A stretch of 64,000 nt of DNA, taken from contig DATIWD010000026.1 of the NCBI GenBank assembly GCA_035519565.1, positions 1,074-65,073 of the forward strand, in the 5' to 3' direction. A model generated the notes under the pieces. It did not search any database and was not told where the DNA came from. It saw only the letters and a list, made by a program, of their open reading frames with translations. A program made the translations under genes and the position numbers. The stretch is from Gemmatimonadales bacterium. GTDB taxonomy: Bacteria > Gemmatimonadota > Gemmatimonadetes > Gemmatimonadales > GWC2-71-9. Shown in pieces: positions 17,704-28,223 of this stretch (position 1 is the first letter of the stretch; each line of letters starts with the position of its first letter).

Positions 17704-19110
17704 TCACCTCGGTTCACTACCAGACTCCCCGCAGGTCATCCGCTTCTTCAGACTATCCGCGCCAACGCTCTGGCGATCGCGCAGCCCTCGCACGATCAGC
17801 GGAGCCAACTGGTCCGCCAGCAGCTGGTTGGCCAGGCCATTGGGGTGCGTATCGAAAGGGTTCACGGTGAGCTGACCCAGATCGTGACCCAGAAAGGCGT
17901 CGCGAACCGAGACGGCCGGGAGACCGGCACCCAAGAGCCGGCAGACGAAGTGGTCGTACCGCTCCCTCAAGTCGGGATCGGTGGCCGGCGCAATGTCGAA
18001 CGGCACCAGGAGCGCGATTGGGCCCGCGCGGGCTTCTCCCATTAGTCGCTCCACGTCGGCCACATGCTTGGTCACCAGCTCCGGATCCCGATACGGGTCT
18101 TCGACTCCCTGGCCCGCAAAGAACGGGAGGTGCCGGAGCCGGATGTAGATCTCCTGGACCAGATAGGAGTTGAGGAATAGCAGGCGGAGCGGATGCAGGC
18201 GGCCCAGCATCGAGCCCGGATCGGTCAAGGTTCCACGCGGGGTGACCCGTCGCAGGTAGTCGATATCGTTGAAGACGTAGAGCAGGATCAGCACGTCCGG
18301 GTGGAACTGGAGCACGTACTCCATGAAGGGAAACTCGGTGAGCGTGTTCCGATCTCCCTCGCTGGCGTTGATCGAGCGCCATGTCTCACCGGTCTGATCG
18401 GTGAGCCGCCGCGCCAGTCGTTCTCCAACCCGGTCGCTGATGTCGGGGATGCCCCACCCGAAGGCGTAGCTGTCGCCGATCACCGCGATTCGTCGAGTGC
18501 CGTCGGCCGCGGCCGGGGGCGGCTCGACGTCCCGGAACCCGGCCCGGTTCAGCTGCACATGGCGTCGCCCCCAGATCTTGCTGCGATAGGTGGGAAAACC
18601 CTGCGGCGCCGGGGACACGAAGGCCGTGACCCGCGCCACCCCTTCGAGCACGATCCCCGTAGCCGCGACGCTTCCCAACAGGAGTGCCACGTCCCGAAGT
18701 CTGGGCGAGAGTCTGCGACCGGCCAGCGCGGCGCCTACCAGAAGCAGGAGCAGTGCGACCCATTCGAGCGCGGCACTGGGGCCGGTGGATGAGCCGAACA
18801 GGTTGGCTTCGAAGAGGCGGCCGGCCTGCACCGGATCTGCCAGGGCGGCGAAGAGGTAGGCCAGCGACCAGACCAGGAAGGCCCAGTCGAGCAGCGTCAC
18901 GGCCGGCGACCCATCAGCGGCACGGGGGCGGAGCGCCAGGGCGGCGTAGATCACGAGGAGAACCGCCAGGACGAGCCAGACGCCTACAAAGGAAGGCGAC
19001 CATCGGCCCAGGACCGACCGGTTTTCGGCCGAGGTATAGAGACTAAGCGCGATCAGAAGAAACGCGCTGCCCGCGACACGAAGGACCAGCGTCTTGGCGC
19101 GTTGCGTCAT
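17704..19110 (-). CDS. polytopic membrane protein with C-terminal SGNH/GDSL-type hydrolase domain
   Basis: About 190 aa of hydrophobic segments, then IAVIGDSYAFGWG (block I Ser), LYVFNDIDY, and a C-terminal D..H pair (NPFDTHPN). Start at ATG 19110. Confidence 0.6.
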   Translation of the reverse strand: MTQRAKTLVLRVAGSAFLLIALSLYTSAENRSVLGRWSPSFVGVWLVLAVLLVIYAALALRPRAADGSPAVTLLDWAFLVWSLAYLFAALADPVQAGRLFEANLFGSSTGPSAALEWVALLLLLVGAALAGRRLSPRLRDVALLLGSVAATGIVLEGVARVTAFVSPAPQGFPTYRSKIWGRRHVQLNRAGFRDVEPPPAAADGTRRIAVIGDSYAFGWGIPDISDRVGERLARRLTDQTGETWRSINASEGDRNTLTEFPFMEYVLQFHPDVLILLYVFNDIDYLRRVTPRGTLTDPGSMLGRLHPLRLLFLNSYLVQEIYIRLRHLPFFAGQGVEDPYRDPELVTKHVADVERLMGEARAGPIALLVPFDIAPATDPDLRERYDHFVCRLLGAGLPAVSVRDAFLGHDLGQLTVNPFDTHPNGLANQLLADQLAPLIVRGLRDRQSVGADSLKKRMTCGESGSEPR

Positions 19111-19296
19111 GGCATGCAGTCTCCCCAGGCCGTCGGCTGAAGCACCAGCCTCGCCTCCGCAGAGCAAGGCGCGGGCCCAGCCAACATAAACGGGCCCCGA
19201 ACCCCCGGGCCACGAGCCCCGCCGCCTATATCGCGTTGCCGGTCCCTGAGCCGACGGCTAGTTTTCGTCCTGTAAGCACCCCTCCGGGATCGGACC

Positions 19297-20046
19297 ATGG
19301 CAGGCCATAGCAAGTGGAAACAGATCAAACGGAAGAAGGCGGTCGCCGACAGTCGGCGTGCCTCCTCCTGGACCAAGGCTATCCGCGAGATCACCGTGGC
19401 GGCCCGGGCCGGAGGCGGAGACCCGGGTGGCAATCCGCGGCTCCGGACCGCGATCGACGCGGCCCGGGCGGTGAACATGCCGAACGAGAACATCGACCGC
19501 GCCGTCAAGAAGGGCACCGGTGAGCTCGAAGGCGCCGCGCTGGAGGAGATCGTCTACGAGGGTTACGGGCCGGGCGGCGCCGCCATCATGATCGAGGCGA
19601 CCACCGACAACCCCAACCGGACGGTGGCCGAAGTCCGGCATGCCTTCAGCCGGCAGGGTGGAAATCTGGGCGCCACCAACTCGGTGGCCTGGATGTTCGA
19701 CCGAAAGGGCCAGATCCTGATCGACGCCTCTTCCCTCGACGAAGACCGGGCGCTCGAGCTGGCCCTGGAAGCCGGCGCCGAGGACTTCTCGCGGGACGGC
19801 GATCAATACCTGGTCTCCACTACCCCTTCCACCTTCCACGCCGTGCAGGATGCGCTCAAGGCCAAGGGCGTGCCCATCGAATCGGCCGAATTGGCCCAGG
19901 TGCCCAGGAACACCGTCAAGATCGAGGGCAAGACGGCGGAGCAGATGCTCAAGCTGATGGAGGCCCTGGAGGAGCTGGACGACGTCTCCAAGGTCTTTTC
20001 CAACTTCGACATCGATGTGAGCCAGATGGCGGAGGTCTCGACCTGA
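19297..20046 (+). CDS. yebC: YebC/PmpR family DNA-binding regulator
   Basis: The N-terminus MAGHSKWKQIKRKKA is diagnostic. 249 aa. Confidence 0.9.
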   Translation: MAGHSKWKQIKRKKAVADSRRASSWTKAIREITVAARAGGGDPGGNPRLRTAIDAARAVNMPNENIDRAVKKGTGELEGAALEEIVYEGYGPGGAAIMIEATTDNPNRTVAEVRHAFSRQGGNLGATNSVAWMFDRKGQILIDASSLDEDRALELALEAGAEDFSRDGDQYLVSTTPSTFHAVQDALKAKGVPIESAELAQVPRNTVKIEGKTAEQMLKLMEALEELDDVSKVFSNFDIDVSQMAEVST

Positions 20047-20050
20047 CGGG

Positions 20051-20560
20051 GTGGGCACCGTGAGAGTGCTGGGGATCGACCCCGGCACCGCGGTGGTGGG
20101 ATTCGGCGTGGTGGAGGCGGGGACCGCCGGCGTGCCGGGCCGGTTGATCGAATGTGGGGCCCTGCGCACCCCTGCCCGCGACGCCCTGGCCGCCCGGCTT
20201 CACGTCATCCATCAAGGCATCCACGAGCTGATTACCAGGCACCAACCGGACGTGATCGCCGTCGAGACCGTCTTCTACGGCACCAACGTTCGCACCACGG
20301 TGGCCCTCGCCCAGGCGCGCGGCGTGATTCTCCTCGCGGCTGAACAGTCCGCTCTTCCCATCGCCGAGTACACACCCGCCACGATCAAGCAGACCGTGGT
20401 GGGCCGGGGCGCGGCCCGGAAACCCCAGGTGGGCTACATGGTCGCCCAGTTGCTCCGGCTCAAGACCGCACCGACTCCCAGCGACGCGGCCGATGGGGTG
20501 GCCGTCGCCCTGACCCATCTCCTGCGCAGCTCCAGAATCCCCCTGCGGGTCACCCGATGA
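20051..20560 (+). CDS. ruvC: crossover junction endodeoxyribonuclease RuvC
   Basis: VLGIDPGTAVVGFGVV is the RuvC N-terminal catalytic Asp motif. GTG starts are possible at 20051, 20060 and 20066. Confidence 0.9.
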   Translation: MGTVRVLGIDPGTAVVGFGVVEAGTAGVPGRLIECGALRTPARDALAARLHVIHQGIHELITRHQPDVIAVETVFYGTNVRTTVALAQARGVILLAAEQSALPIAEYTPATIKQTVVGRGAARKPQVGYMVAQLLRLKTAPTPSDAADGVAVALTHLLRSSRIPLRVTR

Positions 20561-21168
20561 TCGCTTCGCTCACCGGGACCCTGGCCGATCGTACGGGGGA
20601 GACCGTGGTGATCCATACCGACAGCGGCGTGGGCTACAGCGTTACCGTCCCCCACGGGGTAGCCGAGCGGCTCCCCGCGCGGGGCGCGCGGCTCAGCCTC
20701 TATACCGAGCTGGTCGTCCGCGAGGATAGTTGGGCCCTTTACGGCTTCGACCGGGTCGAGGAGCGGACTATCTTCCAGCGGCTGCTGGGCGCCAGCGGAT
20801 TCGGCCCCAAGCTGGCCCTGGCACTGCTCTCCGAGCTGGGCCCCGAGCGGACGGTCCGGAGCATCCGACGTCGCGACGTGGCCGCCTTGAGCTCGGTGAG
20901 CGGGATCGGAAGGAAGAAAGCCGAGCGCCTCGTGCTCGAGCTGGTCGATCGCTTCCTGGACCTGGAAGCCCTGATCGTGACCGACCGGCCGCTGCCCGCG
21001 GAAGCGCCGGGCGGCGACGCGGTCCGGGCCTTGGAGCGGTTGGGCTACTCGACCTCCCAATCGGAGCGCACCGTGCGGGACCTCTTGGCCAAAGGCGCAC
21101 CGGATGAGCCGGCGGAGTTGATTCGCCGAGCCCTCCAGGCGCTGGCGACGCGTCGGGGAGAACCCTGA
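20557..21168 (+). CDS. ruvA: Holliday junction helicase subunit RuvA
   Basis: MIASLTGTL start, HhH motifs (LLGASGFGPKLALALLS, LSSVSGIGRKKAERLVLEL). 4-nt overlap with ruvC. Confidence 0.9.
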   Translation: MIASLTGTLADRTGETVVIHTDSGVGYSVTVPHGVAERLPARGARLSLYTELVVREDSWALYGFDRVEERTIFQRLLGASGFGPKLALALLSELGPERTVRSIRRRDVAALSSVSGIGRKKAERLVLELVDRFLDLEALIVTDRPLPAEAPGGDAVRALERLGYSTSQSERTVRDLLAKGAPDEPAELIRRALQALATRRGEP

Positions 21169-21342
21169 ATGGCTCGTCTGACCGAAACGGCAGAGTGGCA
21201 GTGTACCCGCTGCGGCAGCAGCAATCGGCGTCTGGTGAAGCCAGGGGCTCCCGAAGCGGCCGACCGCTGCGTCCATTGTCACGCTCCTCACCGCATTACC
21301 CGGCCCGACCGGCCGGTTCGTTGGGAGGCGAAGCTCGAGTGA
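21169..21342 (+). CDS. small zinc-ribbon protein (57 aa), absent from the ORF track
   Basis: ATG immediately follows the ruvA TGA (TGAATG). Translation is [57 protein letters not shown], with CxxC...CxxC. TGA at 21340-21342. It fills most of the ruvA-ruvB gap. Confidence 0.45.
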   Translation: MARLTETAEWQCTRCGSSNRRLVKPGAPEAADRCVHCHAPHRITRPDRPVRWEAKLE

Positions 21343-21385
21343 CTACCCCTTCGCCTCGTCGCCCGCACTCACTTATTCTCCAGCC

Positions 21386-22411
21386 ATGACCCGCCTGGAG
21401 ATCACCACCCCCGAGCCGCTCCCGGAAGAGCGGGGCACCGAAGCGGCGCTCCGCCCCTCGCGGCTCGACGAGTTCGTAGGCCAGGTCAACCTCAAGGCAT
21501 CGCTCCAGATCGCGATCGAAGCCGCCAAGGCCCGCGGCGATACGCTCGATCACATGCTCTTCTTCGGCCCCCCGGGGCTGGGGAAGACCACGCTGGCCAC
21601 CCTCCTCGCCAGGGAGATGGGGGTCCAGCTTCGCGCCACCTCAGGGCCGGTGCTGGAGAAGCCGGGCGACCTGGTCAGCATCCTCACGACTCTGGGCAAG
21701 GGAGACATCCTCTTCATCGATGAGATCCACCGGCTCCGCCCGGTGATGGAGGAGTTTCTCTACCCGGCCATGGAGGACTACCGGGTCGAGGTGCGGATTG
21801 CCGAAGGACCGCATGCCCAGACCATCCCGATGACGCTGGAGCAGTTCACCCTGGTGGGGGCGACCACCCGCTTCGGCCTGCTGACTCCGCCGATGCGGGC
21901 CCGCTTCGGCATCGTCGAGCGGCTGGACTTCTACCCGATCGAGGACCTGGCCATCATCGTCCAGCGCTCCGCGGCGGTGCTCAACGTGCCGGCGGACGCG
22001 GAAGGCGTGCTCGAGATCGCGCGACGGAGTCGCGGCACCCCCCGGATCGCCAACCGGCTGCTCCGGCGAGTCCGGGACTATGCCCAGGTCAAAGGCGACG
22101 GGCGGATCACCGGCGTGCTGGCGCGCGAGGCCCTGGCCCGGCTCAACGTCGACGAGTTCGGGCTGGACGACATGGACGCCCGCATTCTCACCACGATCAT
22201 CGAGAAGTTCGGCGGAGGACCGGTGGGCCTCAACACCGTGGCCGTCGCGGTCGGGGAAGACGGCGGGACCCTCGAGGAGGTCTACGAGCCCTTCCTGATT
22301 CAGCAAGGTTTCCTGGAGCGGACGCCCCGCGGCCGCACCGCCACTCCCCTCGCCTACCGCCGGTTCGGCATCACGCCGCCTCCCGGTCAGGCCACTCTCT
22401 TTGGGCACTGA
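21386..22411 (+). CDS. ruvB: Holliday junction helicase RuvB
   Basis: AAA+ motifs [11 protein letters not shown] and [10 protein letters not shown], plus a winged-helix C-terminus. Confidence 0.95.
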   Translation: MTRLEITTPEPLPEERGTEAALRPSRLDEFVGQVNLKASLQIAIEAAKARGDTLDHMLFFGPPGLGKTTLATLLAREMGVQLRATSGPVLEKPGDLVSILTTLGKGDILFIDEIHRLRPVMEEFLYPAMEDYRVEVRIAEGPHAQTIPMTLEQFTLVGATTRFGLLTPPMRARFGIVERLDFYPIEDLAIIVQRSAAVLNVPADAEGVLEIARRSRGTPRIANRLLRRVRDYAQVKGDGRITGVLAREALARLNVDEFGLDDMDARILTTIIEKFGGGPVGLNTVAVAVGEDGGTLEEVYEPFLIQQGFLERTPRGRTATPLAYRRFGITPPPGQATLFGH

Positions 22412-23461
22412 GCCGCTTCCCGCCGCCGCGTACCGCGCCGCCGACTTCGATTACGAACTTCCGACCGACCTGATCGCCCAAGCTCCCCTGGCGGAGCGGT
22501 CGGCCAGCCGGCTGCTGGTAGTGCGCCGCTCGGTCTCGGGCCAGGGCGCGCGCGAGGACCGGTGGTTCAGCCAGCTGCCGGAGCTGATCCCGCCCGGCGA
22601 TCTCCTGGTCCTCAATACCACCCGGGTTCGGCACGCTCGACTTCGTGGCACCCGAAGCTCGGGGGCGGCGGCCGAAATTCTGTTGATTCATCCGGCCACC
22701 GGCGATCAATGGGTGGCGATCGGCCAGCCGGGGAGCGCGCTCCGGCCAGGCAAGCGCATTGGGTTGGGAGAAGGGATCTCGGTCGAGACGGTCGCGATTC
22801 TGGATGGAGGAGAGCGCCTGGTTCGATTCATCGGTGCCACCGCGGAGGAAGCAATCCGCCGTTGGGGGACCCTCCCCCTGCCGCCTTACATCGCGCGTGA
22901 GGCCACGACCGAGGACGACATTCGCTATCAGACCGTGTACGCCGAGCGGGAGGGCAGCGTGGCGGCGCCGACCGCCGGCCTCCACTTTACGCCTGCCCTG
23001 CTCGACGATCTCGCCGCACGAGGGGTCTCCTTGACCCGTTTGGACCTCGAAGTGGGCCCGGGAACCTTCCGGCCGATCGAATCCGAAGACCTCTCGGCGC
23101 ATCGCATGCATCCCGAGCGGTTCACCATTCCGGCCGAAGCGGCGGACAGTATGGCGCGAACGCGCGCGGCGGGGGGCCGGGTCTGGGCGGTGGGAACCAC
23201 GGTGGTCCGGGCCCTGGAATCGGCCGCACGGGACGGCGGACTCGTCCATGCCGGCCAGGGCGAGACCCGGCTCATGATTACTCCCGGATTTCGTTTCCGG
23301 GTGGTGGACCATTTGATCACCAACTTCCATCTTCCCCGCTCGACCCTGCTCTGCCTGGTTTGCGCCTTCGGCGGATACGAGACGATGATGGCGGCCTATC
23401 GGCACGCGGTAGGGCATCGGTATCGGTTTTACTCGTACGGAGATGCGATGGTGGTGGTGTA

Positions 23462-23462
<1 letters not shown>
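22401..23462 (+). CDS. queA: S-adenosylmethionine:tRNA ribosyltransferase-isomerase
   Basis: [17 protein letters not shown]-terminus, YQTVYA and [10 protein letters not shown] blocks. TTG start overlaps the ruvB end. Confidence 0.9.
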
Positions 23463-25014
<1,552 letters not shown>

Positions 25015-25018
<4 letters not shown>

Positions 25019-25551
25019 CGGTTCACCGGCTTCACCTGCTCGGCTCGCCGGTGCTCCGGGAGCGGAGCGCCGAAGTACCGGGCGTAGATGACGCCACGCG
25101 CCAGCTGATCGCCGATCTCTTCGAGACCATGGTGGCGGCCAAGGGCGTGGGCCTGGCGGCCAACCAGATCGGCGTCGCGCGGCGGGTGGCGGTGGTCGAA
25201 GCGGACAGCCATCGGCTGGTACTGGTCAACCCGGTGATCCTGGAGACCGAGGGGCGGGAGACGGCGGAGGAAGGGTGCCTGTCGATCCCCGAGCTCTACG
25301 CCGACGTGACCCGCCCCTTCCGGGTCGTAGTCGAGGCCCTGAACGAACTGGGACAGCCGGTCCGGATCGAGCATGAGGGCTTGCCGGCCCGCGCGATCCA
25401 GCACGAGATCGACCACCTGGACGGGATTCTCTTCATTGACCACCTGGGCCCGATGAAGCGCCGGATGCTCATGAATCGCTGGAAGCGTGAACACCCGGCC
25501 GAAGAGGGGTTTATCCGAGAGATCAAGCCGGCTTCGGCCGGCTCCGGCTGA
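25015..25551 (+). CDS. def: peptide deformylase
   Basis: GVGLAANQIG, EGCLSIP and HEIDHLDG motifs. ATGA overlap with yajC. Confidence 0.95.
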
Positions 25552-26480
25552 TGCGAATCGTGTTCTTCGGGACCCCCCGCTTCGCGGTCCCCTCGTTGCG
25601 GGCCCTCCTGGAGGAGGGCTTCGATATCGTCGGCGTGGTGACCCAGCCCGATCGGCCCCAGGGGCGCTCCCGTTCGCGCGCCGTGGCTTCACCCGTGAAG
25701 GTCGCGGCGGAGGCGGAAGGGCTTCCGCTGCTTCAGCCCGAGCGCCCGATCGGCGACGTCTTCATCAAGGGCCTCGAACACCTCCGGCCCGACATCGGAG
25801 TCGTGGTCGCCTACGGACACATTCTGCGGCCTCAAGTATTGGCCATCCCGCCCGGTGGGATGATCAACGTCCACGCTTCCCTGCTCCCGCGCTACCGTGG
25901 CCCCGCCCCCATTCAATGGGCCATCCTCAACGGGGACGAAACCACCGGTGTCAGCATCATGCAGCTGGAGGAAGGAATGGACACCGGGCCGGTGCTCCAC
26001 GGGATCGAGACCGAGATCGCCGCAGACGAAACCGGCGGCGAGCTGGCCGAGCGGCTGGCGGAGCTGGGAGCGGCGGCGCTGGTCGAGGCGCTCACGCTGA
26101 TCGCGTCGGGAGCCAGCCGGCCGGAGCAGCAGGACAACACCAAGGCCACCTACGCCCCGAAGATCGATCACGGGGTCACGCGACTGACCTGGACCAACGA
26201 CGCCGCTCATCTGGCCCGCGCCATCCGTGCCTTCGATCCGGAGCCGGGCGCGTGGAGCATGCTCGACGACACCGAGATCAAGTTGTTCGGGGCGCGGGCG
26301 GTGAGTGGGAGCCCGAGCCAGACCCCCGGCACCGTCCTGCGCGCGACTCCCTGCCTCGAAATCGCCGCCGGTGTGGGCGCGGTCGAGGTGCAGGAGGTCC
26401 AGCCGGCCGGGAAGAAGCGGATGTCGGCGGGGGCCTGGGCGCGCGGCCGCAAGGTGTCGGTCGGCCAACGGTTCGCATGA
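25551..26480 (+). CDS. fmt: methionyl-tRNA formyltransferase
   Basis: MRIVFFGTPRFAVPSL and NVHASLLPRYRGPAPIQWAI motifs. Confidence 0.95.
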   Translation: MRIVFFGTPRFAVPSLRALLEEGFDIVGVVTQPDRPQGRSRSRAVASPVKVAAEAEGLPLLQPERPIGDVFIKGLEHLRPDIGVVVAYGHILRPQVLAIPPGGMINVHASLLPRYRGPAPIQWAILNGDETTGVSIMQLEEGMDTGPVLHGIETEIAADETGGELAERLAELGAAALVEALTLIASGASRPEQQDNTKATYAPKIDHGVTRLTWTNDAAHLARAIRAFDPEPGAWSMLDDTEIKLFGARAVSGSPSQTPGTVLRATPCLEIAAGVGAVEVQEVQPAGKKRMSAGAWARGRKVSVGQRFA

Positions 26481-27112
26481 GGCCGCTGCCGCGCCTGCAT
26501 GCAATCACCACCGAGTCGGTGTTGGCCAGAACGGACTTGGGCGTTCGCGCGGCCGCCCTGGCGGCAGCGGGACCGGCGCTGGCGCTGCACGCCAGGGGTC
26601 ACTCCCTGACGGGGGCCGCGCTGGTTGCCCTGGTGACGCGATTCCTGTCGCTGGCGGGCCCGCCCGAGGCCTCAGTCTTCGTCAACGGGCGGGCCGACGT
26701 CGCCCGCGCCCTGGACGCGCAGGGGCTCCACCTCGGAGCCACGGACTACTCGGTGCCGGACGCGCGTCGAGTGCTCGGGACCGAATGGCGGGGTTGGGTC
26801 GGCCGCTCGGTCCATAGCGTGGAGGCCGCCGTGCAAGCGAAGGACGAAGCGGCGGACTACGTGATCGCCGGGAACGTGTTCGAAACCAGCTCGCATCCCG
26901 GGCGGCCGGCCCAGGGACTCGAGTTCGTGACCCGGGTCGCCAAGGTGGGGCTGCCGGTGATAGCGATCGGAGGGATCACCGCCGAGCGAGCGCCGCTGGT
27001 ACGGGAGGCCGGGGCCTACGGCGTGGCCGCGGTCACGGCCCTGTGGGAGACCCGCGATTCCGCCGCCGCGGCGGTCGACCTGTTGCGATCGTGGACCGAG
27101 GCAGAACCGTGA
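26477..27112 (+). CDS. thiE: thiamine-phosphate synthase
   Basis: 211 aa from ATG 26477 (ATGA overlap with fmt). TIM-barrel ThiE-like blocks (VFVNGRADVARALDAQGLHLG, VIAIGGIT). The upstream part of ORF 25487..27112 is an fmt-overlapping artefact. Confidence 0.75.
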   Translation: MRPLPRLHAITTESVLARTDLGVRAAALAAAGPALALHARGHSLTGAALVALVTRFLSLAGPPEASVFVNGRADVARALDAQGLHLGATDYSVPDARRVLGTEWRGWVGRSVHSVEAAVQAKDEAADYVIAGNVFETSSHPGRPAQGLEFVTRVAKVGLPVIAIGGITAERAPLVREAGAYGVAAVTALWETRDSAAAAVDLLRSWTEAEP

Positions 27113-27318
27113 GCGCGCTCCATATCCAGGTCAACGGGGAGGCCCGGGAGATTCCTTCCCCCGCTACGGTGGAGGATCTCCTGCACCGTCTGGGCCTCGA
27201 CCCCCGTACAGTGGTGGTCGAGCTGAATCGCCAGATCGTCCGTCGTCCACGGTTGGCGGAGACGCCGCTCGCCGAGGGCGACGCCATCGAGCTGGTGCAC
27301 TTCGTAGGAGGGGGATGA
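27109..27318 (+). CDS. thiS: sulfur carrier protein ThiS
   Basis: 69 aa, beta-grasp size, ends ...ELVHFVGGG with the C-terminal Gly-Gly. GTGA overlap with thiE. Confidence 0.85.
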   Translation: MSALHIQVNGEAREIPSPATVEDLLHRLGLDPRTVVVELNRQIVRRPRLAETPLAEGDAIELVHFVGGG

Positions 27319-27321
27319 TTT

Positions 27322-27398
27322 CATTGGCGATTGGTGAATGCCGATTGATCATTGAGCACTCGGCAATCGGCACTCGGCAATCGGCACTCGGCAATGTC
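27322..27398. repeat. eleven consecutive heptamer repeats, including 3 x 14-bp GCACTCGGCAATCG
   Basis: Heptads: CATTGGC GATTGGT GAATGCC GATTGAT CATTGAG CACTCGG CAATCGG CACTCGG CAATCGG CACTCGG CAATGTC. The left heptads (CCGATTG) are the reverse complement of the right heptads (CAATCGG). The region is locally low in GC. Confidence 0.9.
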
Positions 27399-27413
27399 TG
27401 GTAGGAGACTTTC

Positions 27414-28223
27414 ATGACTGCAACTGCACAGGCTCCTGTGTCCATGGATAGCCCCCTGGAGATCGGTGGACGGAGCTTTCGGTCCCGGCTGCTGGTGGGC
27501 ACCGGCAAGTACAAGAGCAACGAGCTGATGCTCCGGGCCCTGGAGGCCTCCGGCGCCGAGGTGGTCACGGTGGCGGTCCGCCGCGTGGACCTCGACCGCC
27601 GCAAGGAAGAGGGAATGCTCTATCACCTCGACCCCACGCGGTTCTTCCTGCTGGCCAACACCGCCGGCTGCTACTCCGCCGAAGAGGCGGTCCGCTACGC
27701 CCGCCTGGCCCGCGAGGCCGGGTTCAACGACTTCGTGAAGCTCGAAGTGATCGGAGACCGGGAGACCCTGCTCCCCGACGTGGAGGGGCTTCTCGTCGCG
27801 ACGCGCACGCTGGTCGCGGAGGGATTCAAGGTGATGGCCTACACCAATGAAGACCTGGTGACCGCCCTGCGTCTGGAAGACGCGGGGTGCGTCGCGGTCA
27901 TGCCCCTGGCCTCCCCGATCGGAAGCGGCCTCGGCCTGCTCAATCCTTATCACATCCGCACCATCAAGCGCCGACTGCAGGTTCCGGTCATCGTGGATGC
28001 CGGCGTCGGTACCGCGTCCGATGCCTGCCTGACCATGGAGCAGGGCGTCGACGGGATTCTCATGAATACCGCCCTGGCGGAGGCGACCGACCCGGTGGCC
28101 ATGGCCGCGGCAATGCGCCACGCGGTCGAGGCCGGCCGTCTGGCCTATCTCGCTGGGCGCATGCCTCGGCGCGAGGTGGCGGTGCCGTCCAGTCCGGTCC
28201 GCGGGATGCTCGCCTCGGAGTGA
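27414..28223 (+). CDS. thiG: thiazole synthase
   Basis: LLVGTGKY, KLEVIGD and PLASPIGSG blocks. AGGAGA Shine-Dalgarno at 27403-27408. Confidence 0.95.
   Translation: MTATAQAPVSMDSPLEIGGRSFRSRLLVGTGKYKSNELMLRALEASGAEVVTVAVRRVDLDRRKEEGMLYHLDPTRFFLLANTAGCYSAEEAVRYARLAREAGFNDFVKLEVIGDRETLLPDVEGLLVATRTLVAEGFKVMAYTNEDLVTALRLEDAGCVAVMPLASPIGSGLGLLNPYHIRTIKRRLQVPVIVDAGVGTASDACLTMEQGVDGILMNTALAEATDPVAMAAAMRHAVEAGRLAYLAGRMPRREVAVPSSPVRGMLASE

Noticed and set aside
21195-21389. The track ORF 21195..21389 (+, 64 aa) in the ruvA-ruvB gap.
   Set aside because: Its translation is Pro/Arg/Ser-rich low complexity and it runs into the ruvB start. The alternative 57-codon frame starting at the ruvA stop encodes paired CxxC motifs and is the better candidate.
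27319-27413. The thiS-thiG spacer as a TPP riboswitch or a mini CRISPR array.
   Set aside because: It lacks the conserved TPP aptamer core (no CTGAGA or pyrimidine-sensor helix sequence). The 14-bp units are directly abutting with no spacers, and no cas genes are present, so it is a tandem repeat rather than a CRISPR array.
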